DNA of 58,839 nucleotides, filler included, from Porpidia crustulata (Eukaryota), in the NCBI GenBank assembly GCA_964255105.1. It is 9 parts of 9 records of this genome, joined end to end, with 100 filler letters (N's around TTAATTAATTAA, not from the genome) between each part and the next. Parts side by side here need not be neighbours in the genome. Positions count along the whole stretch, not along the records: positions 26,237 to 32,685 come from CAXUWE010001540.1; positions 32,786 to 39,229 come from CAXUWE010001541.1; 7 more parts are not named here. The stretch is one strand, 5' to 3'. This document shows positions 26,237 through 38,455 of this stretch, one piece after another. Under the pieces are notes generated by a model. It ran no database searches and was not told the DNA's origin. It saw nothing but the letters and a program-made list of their open reading frames with translations. Within the stretch, counting starts at the first letter, position 1. Each line of letters opens with the position of its first letter. Made by a program: the position numbers and the translations under genes.

Positions 26237-28264
26237 GAGGTCTTGTTGGGGAAGAAACGTGAGGTATGGGGCATCGTAATTGCGCCGTTGGGATTTCTTG
26301 TTAAAGGTAACCAGAGCGTTTTGATTAGTGCAAGACATGTTGCTATTACTGAAGATGGAGAGGAGATTTGCAGGCGTGAGGGGAACGCTAAAATTGGTGG
26401 GACCGCCGGAAAGAAGGCGAGGGATGCTGCTGCCGATAGTGGCGTTGGTATAGACATTATTCGTTTGATCGCCGGCTTGGATATCGCTAGTGATACAGTC
26501 GCTATCCGTCGGGGTGGTGCATGCAGCGCCAGTGTACCCGTTGGCGCAGATGCAGCGGCAGGAATTTGATACAAAGTAATTCGACCCTCCATTTGCGCAG
26601 GCGACGGCTTTCTTGCAAGAGGCAAGATCCGTGATGCCAGATTTGGAGTTTTGTTTTGGTAGTACAATCAGGGTGACCGGTATGACAACGGCGGCAGCAA
26701 TTAGAAGAAGAAGTATTATACAGAGAAGAGTAAATGCCCAGATAGGCATACCGCAGCATCGACGAATATTAGATTTAGGATAGCCTCGAGTCGGGGAATT
26801 GGGGGTGAAGGTTTGTTTTCTGCTGAGAGCAGACTTTGGCAATGGGGAAGGCCAACGAGAGCCATTTCGTTCGCCGGTTGGGGTTCGTACGGATGGAGAG
26901 GGAAAAGCGTTGAGCATCTCCGATATCGATCCCGTCCGAGAGCCATGTCCTGACTTCTCTGCTCTATCGTTGAGAATGTTCAGCATGCCGATTCGACTAG
27001 CTGTTCGGCCACGATCTAAATTGGAAGCCAATCTGGTCGCTCGTCGAATGAGTTCAGGTAGACTAGTCGCACTGCCCCTTCCCACTTCCCCAGCCTGCGC
27101 AGCTTCAAGGTTCAATGGTGGAGGACGCTTGAACTCTTTTTCACTCATCGATGGCGCTGTCGAGGTTAATGGCGAGGCCGTACCGCTAGAGTCCAGAGCA
27201 CCGGCTTTTTCTAGACCGCCGAGTATTTCAGTAACCCTCGGGTCTAGTGGGGATGTTGGTGATCGAGCTTCTGGCGAAGGAGTAGCTCTGGATAGACCAA
27301 TCGGAATTTCGCCTGGAGTGGAATTATTCGTCGACGAGGCAGATAAGAACGTCGCACCACCACCTCTTCCGTCAGAAGTCTTCTGTCGGTCATCGAAAGG
27401 ACCTGGTTTAAGAAGATTGGCATCTCCATTCGCCGGTCTCTCTCCACTTTTAACGGTTTTTAGTGCTGGTCTCCCCGGCTTTCCTATGCTAATCGTCCTG
27501 ACCAATCCGGTGGACTCATCATGATCGCTCGCTCTCGAATGTCGCCCTTGATCACCCGGCGAATCTTCCGAATCCTCTTCCTCTTCGTCGATGCCTTTAC
27601 CTGTATAAAATTCCGGTGGGCCGTCACCCCAACTATGTGGCATAACATGACTCGATGCGAAGGAGTTGTGTGCTTCTGACTGTTCTTCCGGAATAGGTGC
27701 GACGAATGAGTTCTGCATGTAATAGTTGGCGCCACCTTTTCGTGCTGACGGAGGCGGTCCAAGATTTACTGCGCGTCGCGATTGCGGCTGTGGTAAGGGT
27801 ACCGGTATTGCTGGGACTGGGAAGTCAGGGATACTGGCAGTAGAGGAAGATGTAGACGGTCCGCTTGAACTACTTAGGCCATCTCGCCCGGGCGACGTCA
27901 TGAAGTTGTCTTCCCAGTAGTTTGGCTGCGACTGTCCCATGGACTGTGCCGGCATGGAGGGTACAAAGTTCGGTCGAGGAGGTCGTTGGGGCGGCGGACC
28001 CCGACCGATGGGATTATTGCGCGTAGGACTGTTATTTCGAGCAAGAGGTTGTCCATGCCTCGTGGGAGGTGCAGTTACCTGTCCACCTGGCTGCATGGGG
28101 TATTGCGGATATTGAGGGCGATCTGCTGGACCTGGGAAATGTCGTGGCATTTGTGGTGGTATGGGTTCGTTCGCAAGGTCTGGCTGTTGCGATTCTATCC
28201 CAGCTCTTGCTCTTTGCCTTGCCCTCTTGACGGACCCTCCTCCACGATGAACGCCATCATCCAT
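26237..28264 (-). CDS. Uncharacterised single-pass membrane protein with EGF-like domain (3'-truncated)
   Basis: Long ORF with probable start MDDGVHRGGGSVKRAR; about 500 aa Pro/Ser-rich region; RRCCGM followed by a long hydrophobic helix; C-x5-CANGG-x8-CRCICANGYTGAAC. Confidence 0.85.
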
Positions 28265-29753
28265 CCCGGCTATGCCTTCGGCGCAGACGCTTCCTGTGCG
28301 CGGCTGTGCTTCACAGCTGAGCCAGAATTTGTCAAGTCTAGCGAGTGCCAATTCGTCGCTCAGAACAGTTCTTTCTACCGATACAGTGATCAATGAGCCC
28401 GCATTGCCTGCAGGGATTCAAGCAATAGCGCACGTTTCGAGATTACAGCCAACCAGTGGCTCGGTGATCCTTTAATCGAAAAATCTCAATCGTTGATCGG
28501 GGAGTGGAATATACTGATCAAATTGATGTATGTGTCGTAGATTTATACATGCTCAAAATAATGGTATCTGAATTAGATCGTTGGCGTGATTAAGATATCA
28601 GTTCAATACACATCTGCTATACATATTAGCTGAAGGGCTTGAACGTCAAGTGGATCAAAAGCGATTAGGAAGAGCGAATGCGAACACATGACCACTGCGC
28701 AATGCGTTCTTCTGAGGCAAGCATGTGGCAGAGGTGATCGAGATCTGGTCGTACTGCGGCATTGCCGCAATTCTGTAATCCTTTTGACACAGGAGTTCCG
28801 AGGGAGGACGACATACCCAGAATGACTCGCAGTACCGCCCTCAATGCTCCAACTCCACGCTCGAAGGTATACAAGATCTAAGTTGATAATAGAGGAAGCA
28901 GGTCGTACGGGAATTATCCGGCTCATGAACGAAGGTAAGGTGGCTGGGTTGGTGAAGAATGCGCGGGAGGGTGTGGTGGCTCGGGTCGATGCAGCAAAGT
29001 CGGCGAGCAGCCAGTGATATTGCTCGCAATTATTGACGCCAACGAAGGACATGCAATTAAGCCGGTTGATGTGTGTGGGCGACGAAGAGGCTTAGATGTT
29101 CGCAACGTGAGATCAATCGCGAGATTGCTGGAATATATCAAAGGGTGCGAAGAAACGAAGTCGGATCAGAATTCTAAAGAGTGACGAAGGGGCGGACTGG
29201 GGCCGCCGTGAAGAATAAGGAATAGATTTGGTCGCAGGGGAGGAGGCAATGGGTGAATGTAATTTATTCAACCCCCACAGGTCGTGGTGAGTGATAGGTA
29301 CCTTAGCAGTCAAGAATCGTGATATGCGAGATAGAGATATGTACAAGCGAGAGCAGTCGAGCGAAGGCTTTGAAGCAGAAGGTGAGACTGCGAGACTATG
29401 GATGAGACGACTAAGGTAGCTAGGTAGAATAGAGAACAAATTCATAGTAATTGAGGGCAGGGCCCTTACGAGGACTTTGAGGCGCACCATCGCATGCACA
29501 GGCGGGTCCACATGGGAGGGCCAATTAACAGCCTCATTGTGATTGGAGAGAAATGAATGGCGATGGATGACTCAGTCGATTCATTCACTTGACGTTGGAG
29601 TGATTCGATGAATCCATTGGACGTCTAGACGAGGATGGTGAAGTCTAGACTGGGATGATGAAGTAAGTGCGTTTGGGGTCGACGCTAAACTGTTTGAAGG
29701 TGAACTAGACATGCTCCATCCATGCTCATTCACTTCTCCGTACAGTCGCGAAG

Positions 29754-29784
29754 CTGCACTCTGCACTCTGCACTCTGCACTCTG
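29754..29784 (+). repeat. Heptamer tandem repeat (CTGCACT)x4.4
   Basis: ctgcact ctgcact ctgcact ctgcact ctg read directly. Confidence 0.9.
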
Positions 29785-31125
29785 TTGGAGCGTTATGAGG
29801 CCGGGCGGTACATCAATTTGCCCGTGCATGAGAGCCTAAATCAAAGTACCTCTGCACAACGGCACAGCGGAGTAGGAACTAATTTAGGTACCGAAAAAGT
29901 AATATATTAGTGAAGAAGTAATGGCAGCAGCCGAGCAGTGGAGCACAAAGCACGTGTGCAAAGTCACGTCACGGATCATGCCGATATCCGCCTAAGATAC
30001 CTGGATAGGTACTCGACGTTTGACAGCTCTAGGTACCTTCTCACCAATCAGCTAAACAACCTTGATACTCCTTACCGGTACATTGGATAATAGGGACATA
30101 GGTAGATGTTAACATTATATTGTTATGTTACCAGGTGCGTCAGTGTGCCAGTCCACTGCTATTCCGCATAAGCAGACTCTGCCGCCTGCGACGCGGAGAT
30201 GATGAATCAAGGGGAAAGGGGGGCAATGAAGTAGTTTCATCAGTAATCTCTCGCTCACGCAGTCTCTTATTACCATTGTTTCGCCTTCAAGGTGATGGAT
30301 AGGCACGGCTATGCCCTCCATATTGAAACATTGACCAACATAAACCGAATCTTTGGCTCGCATGCTACTGCTAATCAACGTGGGCATATGGATTCTCGTA
30401 CCATTGTCACCCAACGAATCCTCATTGCAATCACGAAGCTTGTACTTTGTGATCGGTCCTACCCGTCCTGCACTACTCTTTCCTCACTCGGGTTCCGATA
30501 AGTCCATTCAATATCGTCTTCGTGAGGCGGTGTAGAGTACGAAGGATGAACGGAGTCTTGAGATGCCCACGACGTAGTCAGACGGACCACATCATCTTGT
30601 CTTGGGCTATTCGACGTGGCTGCCCACATGGAAAGAATCAATGTCTTCGAATACAATTTCCATGCGAGAGAGCAGTGTGCAGCTCTCAGATCGAATTGAC
30701 ATCAGTTTCTCATTCATATCAAAACAAAGAATCTTCCTGTTGCAATTATCAGCATAAAGCTTGCTGCTGCAATCCCTGGCCAATTGATTGCTCTTTATGG
30801 CTTTTCTATTGATGACTCCCCCAGTTGCCCCTTCCTTTCTTGATCTGGTTGCCATGGCATACATGGCGACTGGTCTCCATCTCTACATTTACAGAACCTT
30901 CTCCACGATTCAACAAGAGACAATCCATTAAGGCTCAGAGAGGAAGTCTGCTTCAATATACGTCGTAGAGATACAATTCCTATTACACGCATCCGATACA
31001 GTTTCTTACGTGGTAAATCAATTTCTTTAAGTAGGGTCTTGCTGCTATATCATCTAAAATAACCATGATGTGAACATGCTGCAACTACTGACCGAACATG
31101 TAGGCAACTTACGCTATGCCCAACA

Positions 31126-32685
31126 ATGTTCCAACTCTTCCTCCTCGTCTTTCATGCACTCACATTGACGGTGATTCAAGTATTCGTAAGTTGGTCAACA
31201 AGCACGTTAATAGCTGGGCTTCAACGACCTGCTTCAACCGTATACTCTGCTAAACGTCTGCGCACAGTACCCTCTACCGAAAGAACTAGCCAGTCTCGTG
31301 GTATTGGAATTCGTCGGTCTTCAACTGATAGCCCTTCATCTCGAAGGACGACCCCGAACAGCGGCAGAAAACTGAGATGTACTCCCAACCTATCTCGGAT
31401 TACAGCAACCTCTAGTCATGGTGTCAAGATGGCTAGTATCTTCCAAGACGCGGCCGCAACATTGCAGGATATCAAAACACCTACACGCCGGATCTCATCT
31501 AATATCACGAGGCTGCGTATGCCGGCCTCTCGAAATCGAAACGCCTCATTTGGAAGCGCTCGTCGAGATGAGAGCAATTCGTCGACGAGCTTTGAAAGTC
31601 CTTCGAACGCCAGTCTTCGTTCTAGCGTATATTCCGGCAAAGTATTGAAAACAGGCATTTACCATCCGGCAGTGGCCTCAGCCGCTGATGACCCTCTTAA
31701 TCAAGAACTTCCATTCCCGGATGATGCGGACGCCGGTAGCACAACATCCATTTCGTGTTCTAGGAAAGCCTTGACACCGCCAGCAATACCTTTCGGCTTA
31801 TCGTTCCCCACGCCTCCCTCTCTTAAGGGAAATTTCTCGGATGATCACCACCTCGGTGCCAACGGCAAGGAACCAAGCAGTATTGGCTTCTCGACACCTG
31901 AAGGACGTCATCCAAACCAATCATCTGGCGAGTTCCCCTCTATGGTGAAATATCCCTCATTGAAATCTTGGGACGAGCATCGATCCATCGCGCCACCTCA
32001 AAGCCCGGTCTCGGACGATTTAGACTGCCACTCTACCCATGGGGTACCTTTGGTCATACCATTTGCAAGCTTGGAGCGCGAAGGTGCGAACAAGACCGAA
32101 ATTGACTACTGGTTGAATGAAGTGCTCGAAGCATCCCCAGACGAGACACCAGAACAACCCAAGTCACCCCCGCCGCTTCCACCAAGACCCTGCACCAAGC
32201 CACCCCTGGCATTATTCAAATATCCCTCGCTGCGCTCCGTCTCCCATGCGTCCAGTAACAAAGAGAATCATTCACCAGAGCACAGGTATCCCTCAAACGT
32301 GCCGTCTCTTTCCCATGACTCTCCCTCTCTCCCGTGTCCTAAACAATCTCCCCCGATCGCCACGCCCGCGCCATCTCGCTGGTTTCTGCATCCTCTCACC
32401 CCCACGAATCTACTCACGCAGCCGCCCAAACGCAGGAAGCAGACCTTGCGCACTCCACCGCCAGTTGACCCGATCCTAGGGCAGGAGAACTTCGCCATCT
32501 ACGACGAGGTGTGCGAGGATTTGAAAGAGCTGAGTCCGGACGTCGACAGGTACCGTGGTCGACGCAAAGGAGCGAAAAGGGAAAGATGCCTCAGCTACTG
32601 GGACGTGGATATGTGGCCCCGCGGGTTGGTCGATGGGGACAGAGGCGGCGAGGAGATCGAGCGTGGGGCAATGGAGGACGGGGAG
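31126..32685 (+). CDS. Uncharacterised, largely disordered Ser/Pro-rich protein (3'-truncated; start uncertain)
   Basis: Open frame of about 520 codons with a hydrophobic N-terminus and a LSPDVDRYRGRRKGAKRERCLSYWD block near the end. Confidence 0.75.
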
Positions 32686-32785
32686 NNNNNNNNNNNNNNN
32701 NNNNNNNNNNNNNNNNNNNNNNNNNNNNNTTAATTAATTAANNNNNNNNNNNNNNNNNNNNNNNNNNNNNNNNNNNNNNNNNNNN
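32686..32785. other. Artificial contig spacer
   Basis: N44-TTAATTAATTAA-N44. Confidence 0.99.
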
Positions 32786-33964
32786 GAAGGGTGGCGCATG
32801 AGGAGGTAGAGGGTCCAGGTTAAGGATTGGGCTGTTGTGTCTCGGCCGGCGGATAGGTAGTTCATTGCGGCGTCAGCGACGACTTGGTGGTCTTCGATGT
32901 GCTCGAGGAGGGAGTTTATTAGATTATTTCGGAGGGGATCGACATTGGAAGGATTTTTGAGATGTTCGTCGTTCTCTTGTTTCTGAACCGCTGCCGCGAC
33001 TATTTGTCGTCCAAATGTCTTTACCTCGAGCACTGCACTGCGCAAGGGAGCGCCGGTGAAGAATTCTTTGAGCTTGTAAAAAGGGTTTTGGAAGCGTTGC
33101 GCCACTACACCAGATGCCAAATCGAAGGCTTTTGAGAACGGTAAAGAGCCTGGCATGTCCATCTGCGAGGTTCATTGTAATTAGCTGATGCGGTTTGAAA
33201 GAAGGACGAGACATTGAGTTGGCAAGTCCAACGTCTACAATGAAAAACGCACGTCATAAGCCACTTTACCCATCAATCGGGTGGTCAGTTCCAAAACGAC
33301 GTTTTGTAGGTCAATTGGATCACTGCTTTCTGCTGCATTGTGGAAAGCTCGTTCCGCATCTTTTAATAAGGGTGGGAGGGCGTCGTTGATGAATTTCTTG
33401 AGGTTGGCATTACTGAAGAAACGCAGACCAGCTTTTCGCTGAGTCTTCCATAATTCCCCATCAGCATTGATAATACCATTTCCTTCAGCATCACATAGTC
33501 AGATCCACCTTTTCGCTGATTGGTTTGCGGTCAGGGATTTGGTCTGCCAAATGAAAAGTCACTAACCAAATAAATCCCAGGATCTAGTCTGAAAGAACTG
33601 CCCCTTCACAAAGATGTCGTTATTCTTCAGAACATGTTCGACGTTCCTTGGGTCACTAATCATGACTGTTGGCGGCATAGTAGGGATGAACAGCTCTACA
33701 GTTTGGAGTCCCATTATTCGCTCACATTGGGAGAACCAGTCCAGCATCATATGTTTAGGCTTGAGAAACCATAAACCATTGCCAGCCAGGGCAATAGTAC
33801 CTGGAGGAGGCCTGGGATTCTTCTTCAGCAAGTTCTTTCACGGATTGACAGGCATCGTACGGTAGTCTTTTTCCATTGCGCCTTATGTCTGAGCGCTGAC
33901 CAATATGGCCTTGAAAAAACCACAACGCTACAACAGCTAGGACGCAAAGCACAAGAGAGTACAT
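32786..33964 (-). CDS. Cytochrome P450 resembling fatty-acid/alkane omega-hydroxylases (CYP86/CYP704-like motifs), 3'-truncated
   Basis: ATG at 33964 with TM anchor MYSLVLCVLAVVALWFF; ISDPRNVEHVLK; DLFG|NGIINADGELWKTQRKAG; I-helix NYLSAGRDTTAQSLTW. Four exons visible. Confidence 0.9.
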
Positions 33965-34718
33965 CAAGATTCGGGGTGGCGTTAAATTCCGGTGCAGGCT
34001 TACATTGTCGACTTCTATTACACGAATCAGCATGTAAATATAATTCTCATGACGGATTCATTCTAATAGGAATTTAATCCTGATTAAAAGTATACTTTAG
34101 GTAGAAAGTGGAAAAGTATAAGGTGAAGCTTGGGGATACGAGCCTGTATCGTCGCTACAATAAGATTTCTAGCTCATGAAAGTGTTCACTCACATTTGGA
34201 TCCATTACACTTGTCTGTCAAACTATCGTGAAGAGAGTTAGACTTAGATTTTTGTCGATAGCCTCATCTTTGACTAAAAGAGATACCGAGGCTCTTATTG
34301 GCTTCTCGGTTCCTCAAAACTATAGATTAGGGCTAGGGCTAGTCCTAAGGCCAATGGGAATGCTGCCATTAGTCACTTTAGAAGATAGCTTGCCTTAGTA
34401 CAGAGCATCCCGTCACTGCATATCAGGGTCTTCACAAATTCAAGATTCGTTCATGTCTCACATCGGATTCGCGGCCGAATATCGGGAACATGTATCTAAT
34501 CACTTTGACGCATCTCGCCCTCCAATGGCCACTTCATCGTCCCTTGCGATAAAGCGCTGATGTCACAATGCCGCTGCTAACTCACCACCTTGTCCCTTGT
34601 CACTTGTCAATCGTTAAATATTATTTTGTTGATTGTGCACACGACTAGCTCCTCAACAATCTCGACATAGATTTGCCTGTGTTGTTCCTGCATTCGTTGT
34701 AAAATCGCCATCGTGATC

Positions 34719-36096
34719 ATGTCGCCTTCTGCGGTGCGCAGTAGCACCGGCCACGATCGTTTTGAGGATGATCTCAATTTAGCCATTGTTGGCATGGGCG
34801 TTGACTATCCACCTTTCTCACTCGGCCCAGATGCGTTGGAAACCCTCGCATCCCGATTTTACCCTCCTTCAACAGCGTAAGATATTCCAGTACGATCTCA
34901 CTTCTTCTTCTATGTAATCTATGCGGTTCTTTTTTGGCGCATTCAGACCTAGCATTGCATATGCTGATATATCGTTAGTCTCAAGAAAGTTCTCACTATC
35001 AATCGCTTTACCGGTATCGACTCCCGCGCCGCCATAGGGAACGTTGACCATCCCCTCGTTAATCAACCAAACCCACCAAGTATCGCCGAGCTCAACGAAG
35101 TGTTTCGTGAAGAAGGCGTGAAATTATCGGTCAATGCATGCAGGAAGGCAATAAAGGAGTGGGGGGGAAGTTTGAATGAGATCACTCACGTGGTCTCAAC
35201 AACATGCACCAACTCGGCCAATCCAGGCTTCGATCACTTTGTCATTAAGCAATTGGGAATCAATACCAATGTCGAGAAAGTCTTACTTCACGGCGTTGGT
35301 TGTTCTGGGGGCCTCGCAGCTATTCGCACAGCTGCGCATCTGGCCCTTGCCTCGTCGTATCGCAATAAACCTGCAAGAGTCTTGGTACTAGCATGTGAAG
35401 TTTCTAGTCTGCTTGTCAGATCGGAACTGGAGTCTATAGACAAGGATCAGAGCACTAGGATCGGTGTTTGTCTTTTCAGCGATTGTGCTTCAAGTTGCAT
35501 TTTAAGCAACGGTGTTGGCGAGGACGATAATTCAAATCCGATATACGAACTTCTTGGCTGGAAACATGAAATACTAGATGACACGGAAAATGACTTAGGT
35601 TTTGATGTCGATCCATTAGGTATTGATGCTCAATCGTCTTCTTGAAGCAGGCTTCGTATTATCTCGAAACTTCAGCTAACAAACCTCAGGTTGGAAAGTC
35701 GTACTGACGCCAAGAGTTCCGGCCGTCGCCGCTGCCGCGGTTCTCCCTGCATTCCAGGACTTGGTAAAGTCGCTTCCCGAACTCAACCGTGGTAGTCATC
35801 CAACCGCTGCCGATTTTGACTGGGCACTACATCCCGGCGGCTCAACCATAATCACCGGCGTAGAGCAGGCCATGAACCTCACTCCTGAGCACCTTCGGGC
35901 GAGCTACGAAATATACGTCAATTATGGTAACAGCTCCAGTGCCACTGTTATGAGCGTTATGGACAAGCTGAGACAAATGGGTGAGGGAAGAGAAAAGGTT
36001 GTCGCATGCGCCTTTGGTCCTGGCATTTCCATGGAGATGATGATATTGAGAAGATACAACCAGTTGGAAGGCCTGCCGACAGAAGATGTCGATTGA
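34719..36096 (+). CDS. Type III polyketide synthase (chalcone-synthase superfamily, ORAS-like)
   Basis: Exons 34719-34876, 34979-35619 and 35690-36096. Intact Cys-His-Asn triad (HGVGCSGG, WALHPGG, YGNSSS), plus VSTTCT, CLFSD, LGFDVDPLGWKVVLTPRVP and AFGPG. Confidence 0.96.
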
Positions 36097-36478
36097 CACG
36101 AAGAAAAGGAGTTCGACCTTTGAGTTTTGGGGCGAATGCGGGCGCTTGATATCATGGCTCAGATTACCATCATGGCTTTGAACAGGACCTGTTGGTCACT
36201 TCTGGCCAAACGTACATATTGGGATTGTCAGTGTGGTAAACGGTAGACTACATAGACGATGATCATTAGAGCAAGGCTGCCTGGAAACGAGGACCGTCCT
36301 TAGTTTAGAGATTTGTGTCTATAGAATTCGGTGCAAGTGAGACCACTCTGGCAAGAGCCCCTGAGCCATGACATCGTCGGTACTCGCTTAGCATCAACCC
36401 TAAGATCTCAGGCAGAATTGTTCTGTGACTACTTCACGTGTCTAAACATTCTCTGCTGTACATACATGTAGCCCAGCC

Positions 36479-37450
36479 ATGGTCCTCCCTATTAGCCGCT
36501 ATCATTTCTTTGAGATTAATGACCAGCCGTGGTGAGTCCCCTAAATAGCTTACCAGGACCTTGAGAGCTGACCATCGATCCCTAGGTTTCCTCCCTTCTT
36601 CCGTACCAAAGTCCAGAATGTTCTTACTCTCCTCTGGACCATCCACCTTCCACTCATCCAACCTGCCTCCCCCTCGACGCTGGTCGCTCGAACATTGCGC
36701 CGAATTCTTGCCAAAAGTATCAGTGCTTATACATTTGTGGACTTTTGCTCAGGCGCTGGCGGGCCCACGCCCGAGATTGAAAAGGCTTCCAATGCGGATT
36801 TAGAAGTTAGAGATCAAGGACAGGATGGAATATCGGATGAGAAAGGTATAGATTTCGTCATGACAGACATCTTCCCACACGTGGATGCATGGCAAGCAGC
36901 GGCGAAGCGGAGTGAGCATTTACAGTACGTTTCTGTACCTGTAGATGCAGGTGATGCTCCGGCAAATCTGCTTGCTTTGGCAAATACGCCGGAGCAAGAT
37001 AAGAAGAAAGTCTTTCGACTGTTCAGCTTGGCGTTCCACCACTTTGACGATCCTATGGCTAGAAGTGTCCTCCGCAACACGCTTGCTACGTCGTCCGGAT
37101 TTGCAATCCTCGAGCTTCAAAGTCGGACCATCGGCTCCATGTTCACTGTGCTGCTGATTGCACCCCTCCTCTGGCTAGGAAGTTGGTACTGGTTTTGGGG
37201 TCAATGGTCGCATCTGTTCTTCACTTATATCATTCCTATAGTACCTACGGTGGTGGTATTTGACGGGATAATTAGCTCATTGAGGACAAGAACGCCCGAA
37301 GAAGTCTTGGGACTACTGACGGGAGAAGAAGAGGGCAAGGCAAGAAGAGAGGGATGGGAGTTCAGATGGGGAGGGGAGAAGCATACGCAGACCGGAGCCG
37401 AGATGAGTTGGTTCATTGGTGTCAAAGGTCAAGACATGAGGGGACGGTAA
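36479..37450 (+). CDS. Uncharacterised class I SAM-dependent methyltransferase-like protein with hydrophobic C-terminal insert
   Basis: ATG at 36479; intron 36532-36585 gives RYHFFEINDQPWFP. Motif I-like FVDFCSGAGGP, motif II-like VMTDIFP, LAFHHF; two hydrophobic segments (FTVLLIAPLLWLGSWYWFW, LFFTYIIPIVPTVVVFDG). Confidence 0.8.
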
Positions 37451-38455
37451 TATGATTGGGATGAGCTCCAAGGGAGTTACGATCCAAAAAGTGGTCTGTA
37501 CACTACAGCCTCTGTACATATGGGAGATCAGGGAACAATCACCACCATCCTCGTTTGCTACTCTTCGTTCTCCAGCTTTGTACCGGCAGTCCAACAGCAT
37601 ATCAACACCTAGGTTTGAGAAATACTGTCCAGGGTATTATCACACCCTTTCGTGGACCGATGCCAGTTATAAGGAAGGGAATGTCTATGAAAGTGATCCT
37701 ATTGGTGAAGCTCCCCGATCATTCATTAGAGCCATTTCACTCCCGGACTTGGTATATCACGATACAAGACTCGCCATCCATGTCAAACAGGTGAAGCTAA
37801 TAGTGGTTTTCAAGTCCTCGAAGGTAAGAAGTGAGATAGACGTCTAGCAATACGGAATGTAATCGGTGACTGTTTCGAACTCAAGATCGATGCATAATCT
37901 ACTGTTCTTATCTACCTTATGGAAAAGAACCTTGAAGTGAAGTTCTCTTCTCGAAGTGAACGCCGACCAACGATTGGGTGAAGAATGCCTCGGGTGGGCT
38001 CATCTCATAGCGAACTTCCGCCTTCTACTAATATACAAAAGTTGTGTGCAATGCTCGTTGGATGTCGGTACATACCGTGGACTTGTGTTCGTTTGGACAG
38101 AATCTACAATCTCGACTCCAAACGCCTTTCCCCATCGATGGCTCTGCAATATGTCCCGGCCAAATTGCAACTTGCATTTCTATTGCTTCATCGATAGATT
38201 CATCAACTATTATATTCAAGTACCACACATTCATCTTGGGCTGCTATTGCCATCTCGAAATCTCTCACTGCTTTTCTTACCGTGTCAATTGCTCCAAAAT
38301 ATTTATAAGAAGGCAGGGCTTCCGCTGGCTGTATTTTGGGTTTGCAGTATCAAAATCATCTCAAAACTCAAACACATCTCAGAATACATACAATTGTTTA
38401 ACACCTACTCCTTTACAAATCCTCCTCAACAAAGCATCATCAAGCCACTCAAAGG

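Noticed and set aside
26799..27524. 241-aa plus-strand ORF
   Set aside because: Antisense to the EGF-like membrane protein gene.
34327..34342. TTAGGG-CTAGGG-CTAG telomere-like motif in the P450/PKS promoter
   Set aside because: Only about two degenerate units; cannot be told from chance.
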